64,000 nt of DNA from a virus, in IMG/VR virus record IMGVR_UViG_3300048851_000098, positions 1 to 64,000 of that record, one strand, 5' to 3'. Numbering within the stretch: position 1 is the first letter of the stretch; each line of letters begins with the position of its first letter. Shown piece by piece: positions 37,324 to 43,394 of this stretch. Position numbers and translations under genes: made by a program. The notes under the pieces are model-generated. The model was not told where the DNA came from. It was given only the letters and a program-made list of their open reading frames with translations, and searched no databases.

Positions 37324-37380
37324 GTGGCGTTTGGCCGGACTTGGTAGCCGGTGTAAACGGGTTCGATTCCTGGCGTCACG
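37324..37380 (+). ncRNA. Anticodon-less mini-tRNA (57 nt)
   Basis: Acceptor gtggcgt/gcgtcac, one D-like hairpin, T arm cggg-TTCGATT-cctg. Confidence 0.65.
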
Positions 37381-37383
37381 CTT

Positions 37384-37542
37384 ATGAAATTCAGACCAAT
37401 CGACGGCATGGCTGTAGAAGTTGATGATGAGGAAATCATTGTCAACTATTCGGGCGAAGGTACCGATTTGCTCTTGCATCAGGCACATCTGGCCGATAAG
37501 ATCATCGACAGATGCGTGAGAGCGCATGATTCTGCCCGGTAA
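37384..37542 (+). CDS. Small hypothetical protein (not in the ORF track)
   Basis: MKFRPIDGMAVEVDDEEIIVNY...; stop lies inside tRNA-Thr. Confidence 0.45.
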   Translation: MKFRPIDGMAVEVDDEEIIVNYSGEGTDLLLHQAHLADKIIDRCVRAHDSAR

Positions 37543-37605
37543 GCTTTGTTGGCGAAGCGCTGGTTTTGTAATCCAGTGAGCAGGGTTCGATTCCTTGACC
37601 GGGCG
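37534..37605 (+). tRNA. tRNA-Thr(TGT)
   Basis: ctgg(t)-ttTGTaa-(t)ccag; acceptor gcccggt/accgggc. Confidence 0.88.
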
Positions 37606-37610
37606 CTTGC

Positions 37611-37985
37611 ATGGACAACCCGCGTCGAGATGAACTTGGCAATTACATCTTTCTGCCGCAAACCCGGTTCGATCCCGAACCTTGGGCGAGAGTTCTGCGC
37701 CGCGATCCATGCTCATATTGCGACGGCGCGGGCGGCACTGTAGATCACATCGTGCCGCTGGCTCATGGCGGCGAGAAGGCCGTTTCTGTCAACGGCACCG
37801 GCGCCTGCTCGACCTGTAACAGTCTGAGCCACCAGAAGTCCGACACGCCCCTCCTCCAATTCCTCCTCAAGCGAGCACAGCGGAGAGACGCCTACGAGCA
37901 CTACGTCAGATCCTCTCCGCAGATCACTCACAGATTCTTCACGGAGGAGCAGTTGGAACTTCTACGTCGAGTTGCAGAAAGCTAG
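37611..37985 (+). CDS. HNH endonuclease
   Basis: CSYCD...TVDHIVPLAHGG...GACSTCN. Confidence 0.85.
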   Translation: MDNPRRDELGNYIFLPQTRFDPEPWARVLRRDPCSYCDGAGGTVDHIVPLAHGGEKAVSVNGTGACSTCNSLSHQKSDTPLLQFLLKRAQRRDAYEHYVRSSPQITHRFFTEEQLELLRRVAES

Positions 37986-38010
37986 CGAATACTGTAGTAT
38001 TGACCCTCTT

Positions 38011-38083
38011 GTGCCTATAGCTCAATTGGTAGAGCAGTGGACTTCTAATCCAAAGGTTGAGGGTTCGAGCCCCTCTAGGCATG
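38011..38083 (+). tRNA. tRNA-Arg(TCT)
   Basis: tgga-ctTCTaa-tcca. Confidence 0.9.
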
Positions 38084-38086
38084 TAT

Positions 38087-38473
38087 ATGAAGGAATATAG
38101 AGATTTCATGTGCTCTTGTAAGCCTGACGGCAAAGAGCGATGTGAAGACACTCTAAGAAGAGTTTGCAGACTTCTTAGAGTTGAACCAACAAAGCTTCTC
38201 ACTGGTGTTGTTTACAACATGCAGCATCTTGAGAATTGGAGAGATAGACCGGGAACTGTTTGGATTTGCGGTAATATCGAATCTATCTATTCTGATATGT
38301 GGGCTGCGATCAATGCAGAGATCCAGTATCACGATGAGGAAGAAGATGAATTCAGACTTATTGCAAGAATTCGAGTTCAATGTGATCTGATTGAACATGG
38401 CGTTGCTCGTGTTTATGAGCTGGCGCTTAGAGCAGCAGAAGATTTCGAAGCGTCTATAGCTCAGTCTGGTTAG
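38087..38473 (+). CDS. Hypothetical protein
   Basis: ORF filling the tRNA spacer; stop lies inside tRNA-Ile. Confidence 0.55.
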   Translation: MKEYRDFMCSCKPDGKERCEDTLRRVCRLLRVEPTKLLTGVVYNMQHLENWRDRPGTVWICGNIESIYSDMWAAINAEIQYHDEEEDEFRLIARIRVQCDLIEHGVARVYELALRAAEDFEASIAQSG

Positions 38474-38524
38474 AGCGTCCGTCTGATAAGCGGAAGGCCC
38501 GAGGTTCAAATCCTTGTAGGCGCA
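38450..38524 (+). tRNA. tRNA-Ile(GAT)
   Basis: tccgt-ctGATaa-gcgga. Confidence 0.92.
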
Positions 38525-38527
38525 CCT

Positions 38528-38737
38528 ATGGCATTGCATAAAGAGGATTTCGACGGACAGATCTGCCACTGCGGCGATGATGGATGCGATATGAGCATTA
38601 TGTATCTGCATTCGAGTTGTCATCTTGGTGCGCCTACGGAGGCTTCGTATTCCGGAGGCGAGATTACAATCAGATGTTCTGTGTGTAAAACCTTTATCGC
38701 TTCGATAGCTGTCGCATCAAATGCAACAACGAATTAG
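38528..38737 (+). CDS. Small Cys/His-rich protein
   Basis: CHC, HSSCH, CSVC. Confidence 0.55.
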   Translation: MALHKEDFDGQICHCGDDGCDMSIMYLHSSCHLGAPTEASYSGGEITIRCSVCKTFIASIAVASNATTN

Positions 38738-39011
38738 TCACAAGCTCACTGCTCACCACTTCCGTCATAATCGTAAAGGCGGAACGATTATTGGTGTCTG
38801 TAGCTGCGGATATCGCCATGGCATCTTTCGCAAGATGCGTCGTACACAGCTCACTCGCGGAATCGTCTGTTTCTTCCGTGGTGGGCATCGATGGGGCGAG
38901 GAAGATACCTGGGAGGTCGGCCCGGCCGGCTTCAGAGACGGCGAAGGTGAAGCTTCTGGCCGTTTCAAGCAATGCGATTTCTGCTATAAGATCGAAGATA
39001 CGCACCTGTAG
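38721..39011 (+). CDS. Small Cys/His-rich hypothetical protein
   Basis: CSCG, C...H, CDFC; stop lies inside tRNA-Gly. Confidence 0.4.
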   Translation: MQQRISHKLTAHHFRHNRKGGTIIGVCSCGYRHGIFRKMRRTQLTRGIVCFFRGGHRWGEEDTWEVGPAGFRDGEGEASGRFKQCDFCYKIEDTHL

Positions 39012-39073
39012 TGTTAGTGGTAACACGTCAGCCTTCCAAGCTGAAGTGCTCGGTTCGAATCCGAGTAGGTGCT
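39002..39073 (+). tRNA. tRNA-Gly(TCC)
   Basis: tcagc-ctTCCaa-gctga; U73. Confidence 0.92.
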
Positions 39074-39115
39074 TTTGTTCGCTAGAGGGCGAACGAAACG
39101 AACCGAACAAAAGCC

Positions 39116-39144
39116 TTGACACGCCCCAAAACCTCCTCTAAGAT
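39116..39144 (+). promoter_or_regulatory. SigA-type promoter
   Basis: TTGACA-17 nt-TAAGAT. Confidence 0.7.
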
Positions 39145-39220
39145 GCAAAGCATGATGCAGCCGCCCACCACTCAGAATTGCCGCCGATGGCGATTCCATC
39201 GACCGTGCCGAAATATGCAT

Positions 39221-39291
39221 GGGCGAGTGGTGCAACGGCAGCACAGCGGCTTCCAACCCCGCTGATCCGGGTTCGATTCCTGGCTCGCCCG
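39221..39291 (+). tRNA. tRNA-Trp(CCA)
   Basis: gcgg(c)-ttCCAac-(c)ccgc with a C31:C39 mismatch; G73. Confidence 0.8.
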
Positions 39292-39495
39292 CTTCTGGTC
39301 CTCGCCGGCCACAAGGTGAACGTGCGCACTGCGACGGCAGAGCGCGGCCCCCACAGCGTTCACTGGTCGTTTGGACGCCAGAGCGCCTGTCTGAAGCAGA
39401 GGATAAGATAGGCGGCTAGCCGGGTGGTCTTCGCACTCCGCGACCGACAGACGCCACCATACGCCTCTCCAAGACGGAGATAGAGAGGACTTCGA
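39292..39495 (+). ncRNA. Unassigned ~200-nt structured RNA
   Basis: gtgaacg/cgttcac, cgcctgtct/agataggcg, ggtgg/ccacc, cctctc/gagagg helices. Confidence 0.55.
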
Positions 39496-39568
39496 TGCGC
39501 GATAGTTCAATTGGCAGAACGCTCGACTGTTAATCGAGTAGTTGAAGGTTCAAATCCTTCTCGCGCAG
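39496..39568 (+). tRNA. tRNA-Asn(GTT)
   Basis: ctcga-ctGTTaa-tcgag. Confidence 0.92.
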
Positions 39569-39569
39569 T

Positions 39570-39752
39570 ATGCGAATAGCAGCTCGTGTAGCACATACAA
39601 GAAACGGACCTGTTGTTACTATCGTTGATGATGTTCCTAACGATTGTGGTCCTGGCGAATATGTGATTCTGGAAGAACGCGAAGGAAAATACACAGAAGT
39701 CGGAGAATTTGGTAAAGATATAGATACTCGCACTGATAGCTCAGTCCGGTAG
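39570..39752 (+). CDS. Small hypothetical protein
   Basis: 60 aa; stop lies inside tRNA-Phe. Confidence 0.45.
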   Translation: MRIAARVAHTRNGPVVTIVDDVPNDCGPGEYVILEEREGKYTEVGEFGKDIDTRTDSSVR

Positions 39753-39804
39753 TAGCGCCTGTCTGAAAAGCAGGAGGTCCCTGGTTCGATTCCAGGTCAG
39801 TGCA
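39730..39804 (+). tRNA. tRNA-Phe(GAA)
   Basis: cctgt-ctGAAaa-gcagg. Confidence 0.92.
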
Positions 39805-39805
39805 T

Positions 39806-39880
39806 GGGTCCGTAGCATAATTGGAACAATGCCCCTGGTTGTGGTCCAGGTCGATGCGGATTCGAATTCCGCCGGACCCC
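39806..39880 (+). tRNA. tRNA-His(GTG)
   Basis: cctgg-ttGTGgt-ccagg; C73; G-1 is not encoded (T at 39805). Confidence 0.88.
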
Positions 39881-40014
39881 TATGAAAATGATCGGGAGAT
39901 GTGTCGGATTGGGATACTGCTGGTGTCCCGAGTGCCGTCCTCGCGGCGATAGCAGAAAATCAGAAAGACGACGGATCAAGCGGCGCGAGCGTCAGAAATG
40001 GAAGAGAATCGTGA

Positions 40015-40218
40015 ATGGCGCGCAAATCTAGAGATCTGAGAGTAAGAGTAGGAGACGTTCTGACTGAGCATCAAGTCAGTCAGATTGAAAAACTAGAAGC
40101 GGAATGCGTAGCTCTTGCCAAGGAAGCAAATCGTTGGCGAGAGGAAGCGCATCGATTGAAGACTAGACGTAGCGCGGTGCGTGAATGGCTAGCGGGTCGC
40201 CTGCAAAGCGAACGATAG
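40015..40218 (+). CDS. Small coiled-coil hypothetical protein
   Basis: 67 aa; its 3' end runs into tRNA-Cys. Confidence 0.4.
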   Translation: MARKSRDLRVRVGDVLTEHQVSQIEKLEAECVALAKEANRWREEAHRLKTRRSAVREWLAGRLQSER

Positions 40219-40241
40219 GGGTTCGATTCCCCTCCGCGCTT
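40171..40241 (+). tRNA. tRNA-Cys(GCA)
   Basis: tcgc-ctGCAaa-gcga; U73. Confidence 0.9.
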
Positions 40242-40259
40242 CTTTGCTAAACTGCACGC

Positions 40260-40463
40260 ATGAATCTAAGAATTATTCGCAAAGGTACAATTTGGAAGTA
40301 TAAAAACAGAACGGGAGCTGCTACTATTGTAAAAGTCATCTTTGTCCATACCATCGCAAGTGTCACATGGGTTGCCTTTATGCCGATTCACCGCGATAGA
40401 CTTGGCGGGGTAATGACAAGAGAAGACTTTTGTGATACATTCGAGTGGATGTCGAGCAAATAA
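40260..40463 (+). CDS. Small hypothetical protein
   Basis: ORF filling the spacer. Confidence 0.5.
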   Translation: MNLRIIRKGTIWKYKNRTGAATIVKVIFVHTIASVTWVAFMPIHRDRLGGVMTREDFCDTFEWMSSK

Positions 40464-40536
40464 GCCCGGATAACTCAGCGGTCAGAGTGCGGTCCTTACA
40501 AGACTGTGGTCCTTGGTTCGAATCCAAGTCTGGGCA
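40464..40536 (+). tRNA. tRNA-Val(TAC)
   Basis: cggtc-ctTACaa-gactg. Confidence 0.92.
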
Positions 40537-40539
40537 CTT

Positions 40540-40746
40540 ATGAGTCTTTTTGTATGTGAAGAATGTAGATGTATCGAGAACACTGCAACCAGTAAATACT
40601 GGTTGCGTAGCGAGATCGACGGAAAAAGACTCTGTTCGCTGTGTGACCCTCGAATTGGAAAATGGCATAACATCTTTCCGCGTGAGACAATTTCCGAATT
40701 TGAACAACGAATCGGAAGACCAGTAGATCGCAGCAACTATTTGTAA
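40540..40746 (+). CDS. Small Zn-binding hypothetical protein
   Basis: MSLFVCEECRCIENTA...LCSLC...GKWH. Confidence 0.6.
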   Translation: MSLFVCEECRCIENTATSKYWLRSEIDGKRLCSLCDPRIGKWHNIFPRETISEFEQRIGRPVDRSNYL

Positions 40747-40752
40747 CAACCA

Positions 40753-40827
40753 CGGGATATAGCGCAGCCTGGCTAGCGCGCTCGCTTTGGGAGCGAGAGG
40801 TCGAAGGTTCGAATCCTTCTATCCCGA
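40753..40827 (+). tRNA. tRNA-Pro(TGG)
   Basis: ctcgc-ttTGGga-gcgag. Confidence 0.93.
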
Positions 40828-40828
40828 C

Positions 40829-40899
40829 TGCGGAGTAGTCTAACGGCAAGACGCACGGTTCTGGCCCGTGAGTAGAGGGTTCGAGTCCTTCCTCCGCAT
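40829..40899 (+). tRNA. tRNA-Gln(CTG)
   Basis: cacgg-ttCTGgc-ccgtg. Confidence 0.9.
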
Positions 40900-40900
40900 T

Positions 40901-40996
40901 ATGCCGCTACATGATCTTATTGCTCTAGGAATTCTTATTGCTGTGATACTGCTAATTGGATTGCTTTTGTTGATTTTCTTCGAACTGAAAGACTGA
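40901..40996 (+). CDS. 31-aa single-TM peptide (not in the ORF track)
   Basis: MPLHDLIALGILIAVILLIGLLLLIFFELKD. Confidence 0.5.
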   Translation: MPLHDLIALGILIAVILLIGLLLLIFFELKD

Positions 40997-41002
40997 CCCC
41001 TT

Positions 41003-41074
41003 GGGGGTCTAGCTCGAAGGTCGAGCAGGGAGCTTTTAACTCTCCGGTGATGGGTTCGATTCCCTCGGCCCCCA
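41003..41074 (+). tRNA. tRNA-Lys(TTT)
   Basis: gggag-ctTTTaa-ctctc; imperfect T stem. Confidence 0.85.
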
Positions 41075-41076
41075 CT

Positions 41077-41268
41077 ATGAAAACTGAAACGTTTTATTGT
41101 GATCGGTGTAAAATAGAAGTTCATCCGGAGCGTCTGCATAGGATCACACATGATTGGTATCCTGCTGCGAATGTCTCTGAGACTTATGATTTTTGCGTAA
41201 ATTGTATTACTGATATCGTAAATGTAATCAATCGCGCAAGTGATACAAATCAGTTTCGATTTCGATGA
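41077..41268 (+). CDS. Small Zn-binding hypothetical protein
   Basis: CDRC...DFCVNC. Confidence 0.55.
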   Translation: MKTETFYCDRCKIEVHPERLHRITHDWYPAANVSETYDFCVNCITDIVNVINRASDTNQFRFR

Positions 41269-41339
41269 TGGCGGATCGTCTAATGGTAAGACGCAAGCCT
41301 TTGGAGCTTGCTATCGGGGTTCGAATCCCTGTCCGCCAG
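41269..41339 (+). tRNA. tRNA-Gln(TTG)
   Basis: caagc-ctTTGga-gcttg. Confidence 0.92.
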
Positions 41340-41448
41340 TGGCAATGACTAGACAGCGTACGAGTTGAACAGGGAAGCTGGCACGTCAGGCGTGTAGAGG
41401 TTGAGTCGGTACCAGGCTCGCCGTCCCTTGCGGCCCTTGTCATTGCCA
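41340..41448 (+). ncRNA. Unassigned ~110-nt structured RNA
   Basis: Terminal 10-bp helix tggcaatgac/gtcattgcca beginning right after tRNA-Gln. Confidence 0.5.
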
Positions 41449-41468
41449 ATTCGTTTACCGCAGCACCT

Positions 41469-41542
41469 ACCCCGGTAGCTCAACTGGACAGAGCGCTGGT
41501 CTACGGAACCAGAGGTTTGGGGTTCGAATCCCTAGCGGGGTG
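41469..41542 (+). tRNA. tRNA-Arg(ACG)
   Basis: ctggt-ctACGga-accag. Confidence 0.9.
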
Positions 41543-41552
41543 CTGTAACAAT

Positions 41553-41646
41553 GGGCCGGTAGCCAAGGTTAGGACAGGCCACTCCCCGGCAGTGGTAGCT
41601 GTCGGAAGAGAAGGAGTGAAAGCGGGTTCGAATCCCGTCCGGTCCA
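41553..41646 (+). tRNA. Atypical tRNA-Arg(CCG): C33 and a long unpaired variable region
   Basis: Acceptor gggccgg/ccggtcc, cact-ccCCGgc-agtg, canonical T arm, 94 nt. Confidence 0.6.
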
Positions 41647-41647
41647 T

Positions 41648-41677
41648 TTGACACAGACTATGATTCTTGTGTATAGT
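41648..41677 (+). promoter_or_regulatory. SigA-type promoter
   Basis: TTGACA-18 nt-TATAGT. Confidence 0.7.
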
Positions 41678-41791
41678 AGCTCTACCTTCGCAAAAGGTGC
41701 GTTACGAGTAGGTTCTGGAAATTTCTGCAAACCATCAACTGGTTGAGAAACGCCTAAAGTTGCATCGAAGTCAGAATAGATGCAGCTCCGC

Positions 41792-41862
41792 TGCGGATTG
41801 GTGGATTGGTACCACGCGAGGCTCATAACCTTGAGGGACGGGTTCGATTCCCGTATCCGCTA
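41792..41862 (+). tRNA. tRNA-Met(CAT), initiator-like
   Basis: cgagg-ctCATaa-ccttg; U1:U72 mismatch, G2-C71, C3-G70, A73. Confidence 0.85.
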
Positions 41863-41936
41863 TGTGCGATAGCTGGCCGCGCATCTCTGAGTGTGCCTTT
41901 GGCATTTATCAGACAAGGGTCTTCGACTCCCAGCTA
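41862..41936 (+). ncRNA. Pseudoknotted/tRNA-like spacer RNA candidate
   Basis: tagctgg/ccagcta, atgtgcg/cgcgcat, tctga/tcaga, gggtc-ttc-gactc. Confidence 0.45.
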
Positions 41937-41940
41937 ACTA

Positions 41941-42012
41941 GGGCGATTGGTGTAATCGGGAACACACTAGCTTTGCAAGCTAGAATTGGGGGTTCGACTC
42001 CCCCATTGTCCA
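41941..42012 (+). tRNA. tRNA-Ala(TGC)
   Basis: ctagc-ttTGCaa-gctag; G3:U70. Confidence 0.92.
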
Positions 42013-42020
42013 TGCCGAGC

Positions 42021-42087
42021 CGGATGTGATGGATTATCTTGGTAAATGGTGCGACCCACCTACCGAGTTCGAGTCTCGGGTATCCAC
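42021..42087 (+). ncRNA. Degenerate mini-tRNA (5-nt anticodon loop)
   Basis: Acceptor cggatgt/gtatcca, ggtg-cgacc-cacc, T arm ccgag-TTCGAGT-ctcgg. Confidence 0.55.
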
Positions 42088-42238
42088 CGCAATTGATTTG
42101 CTCGGCAATCTAAATCCACAAAGGAGGCGAATCATGCTGAAGCGCCTGCTTGTCCTTAGGACAAGCTAGCCTCAGTCGAAGGGACGGATGAACCGTCTCT
42201 AGTGCCGGCTGGGGCGCCCCGAAAGGGGGTGAAACAGC

Positions 42239-42415
42239 ATGGCTAGTGGAACGCCCCATACGGCGAAGTCCACCACTACGAAGACGAACAAAAAACGTCT
42301 TCGCAAGGGCGGTCGTAACGAGCGAAAGTACGCGAGATATCGCGCTCGCGTCGGTAAGCCGAACGGCCCCGGTATGCCCGGTAATAAGTCGGGCAAGAAC
42401 AAGATCCATTCATAG
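42239..42415 (+). CDS. 58-aa highly basic protein (not in the ORF track)
   Basis: GGGGGTGA RBS; KTNKKRLRKGGRNERKYARYRARVGKPNGPG. Confidence 0.65.
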   Translation: MASGTPHTAKSTTTKTNKKRLRKGGRNERKYARYRARVGKPNGPGMPGNKSGKNKIHS

Positions 42416-42447
42416 GGGGTGAGCTAATGTCTCCCCACAAGGCAACG

Positions 42448-42478
42448 GCCCCGCTTTCGAGTGGGGCTTTTGTCGTTC
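42448..42478 (+). terminator. Intrinsic terminator closing the tRNA region
   Basis: gccccgc/gtggggc followed by tttt. Confidence 0.75.
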
Positions 42479-42479
42479 C

Positions 42480-42581
42480 CTAGAAGACAAGTACGAGCAT
42501 CAGAATTACTGCTGCCCAAAACGCAATAAGGAAAGCAGTAATAGTTACCAGCATCTCTGTCTCTCGTGTACGATTGTTCAT
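42480..42581 (-). CDS. 33-aa single-TM peptide (not in the ORF track)
   Basis: MNNRTRETEMLVTITAFLIAFWAAVILMLVLVF. Confidence 0.45.
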   Translation of the reverse strand: MNNRTRETEMLVTITAFLIAFWAAVILMLVLVF

Positions 42582-42634
42582 CTTCGCGATTTTACACGAT
42601 TACCTTGCTATCAACTTCGCGCTAAGATAGCATC

Positions 42635-42997
42635 ATGCAAGAAGATCAAAACCCTGATCGGATCTACATCAGGGAGGCTGCGGAGATGCTGAATCGTCGC
42701 ATGCCCACACTGCGAAAGTGGGATCGCGATAGAGAACTTCCTACGCATCTCTGCCCAAGACGCGGTATTCGTGGTTGGCGATATTGGAGTCCTGAGCAGA
42801 TCGAAGGAATCCGGCAATGGCTTCGGGATACTGATAAACGTCCCGGAAAGAGTTTGCCGCATTACAATCCCACAGAAGAACAACTGAATAACGCAATCGC
42901 AGCAATGCGAAGACCACGATGGAGATTCGGAAAAGCCGGACCATCTGGTATTGTTTTCACAGAAGAAAAAATAGAAAAGGAAAACAATGGCGACTAA
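42635..42997 (+). CDS. MerR-like HTH DNA-binding protein
   Basis: YIREAAEMLNRRMPTLRKWD...GWRYWSPEQI. Confidence 0.8.
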   Translation: MQEDQNPDRIYIREAAEMLNRRMPTLRKWDRDRELPTHLCPRRGIRGWRYWSPEQIEGIRQWLRDTDKRPGKSLPHYNPTEEQLNNAIAAMRRPRWRFGKAGPSGIVFTEEKIEKENNGD

Positions 42998-43394
42998 TCC
43001 TTTCATCGCTAGAACTGTGGGAAAAGAAGACACACAGTCGCGAGCCAAGGCTGATTCTGCGTCTAGACGTGCAAATGAACAGGTGTCAGGACTTGATGCC
43101 GGTAACGGGTGGCCTCGCAACGCGAGAGGCACACCAATGGTCGAGGCAGAAATGTCTTGTGCCGAGCTGATTCCAACAGGAAACTACGCCAATGTATCTA
43201 TTGGTCCTGCTCGCATCCATTTTCTCATCGATCCTGATCGCGATCTCGAATCAGGAAATTACTTCACGTCTGAGCAGTGGACGAATATCACTCGTGCTCT
43301 CAATGAAGCTGCGGAATTGGTAGGAACTGACGTTATTGCCGTACAACGCAATCTCGTCATGGAGTCGATGCAAGAGCAGATTGGACAGAGATGA
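42987..43394 (+). CDS. Hypothetical protein
   Basis: Coupled ORF. Confidence 0.6.
   Translation: MATNPFIARTVGKEDTQSRAKADSASRRANEQVSGLDAGNGWPRNARGTPMVEAEMSCAELIPTGNYANVSIGPARIHFLIDPDRDLESGNYFTSEQWTNITRALNEAAELVGTDVIAVQRNLVMESMQEQIGQR

Noticed and set aside
37060-37380. tmRNA
   Set aside because: The acceptor stem closes locally within 57 nt, there is no G3:U70 or tag ORF, and no distal 5' acceptor strand
35961-39108. GTTC-N5-GTTC repeats near two promoters (35961; reverse at 39091)
   Set aside because: Too short, in opposite orientations and absent at other promoters, so likely chance; not the actinobacterial SOS box
39295-39308. HDV/theta ribozyme P3-L3-like ctgg-TCCTCG-ccgg after tRNA-Trp
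   Set aside because: There is no room for P1 and P2 5' strands between the tRNA end and P3, and no matching P1 3' strand
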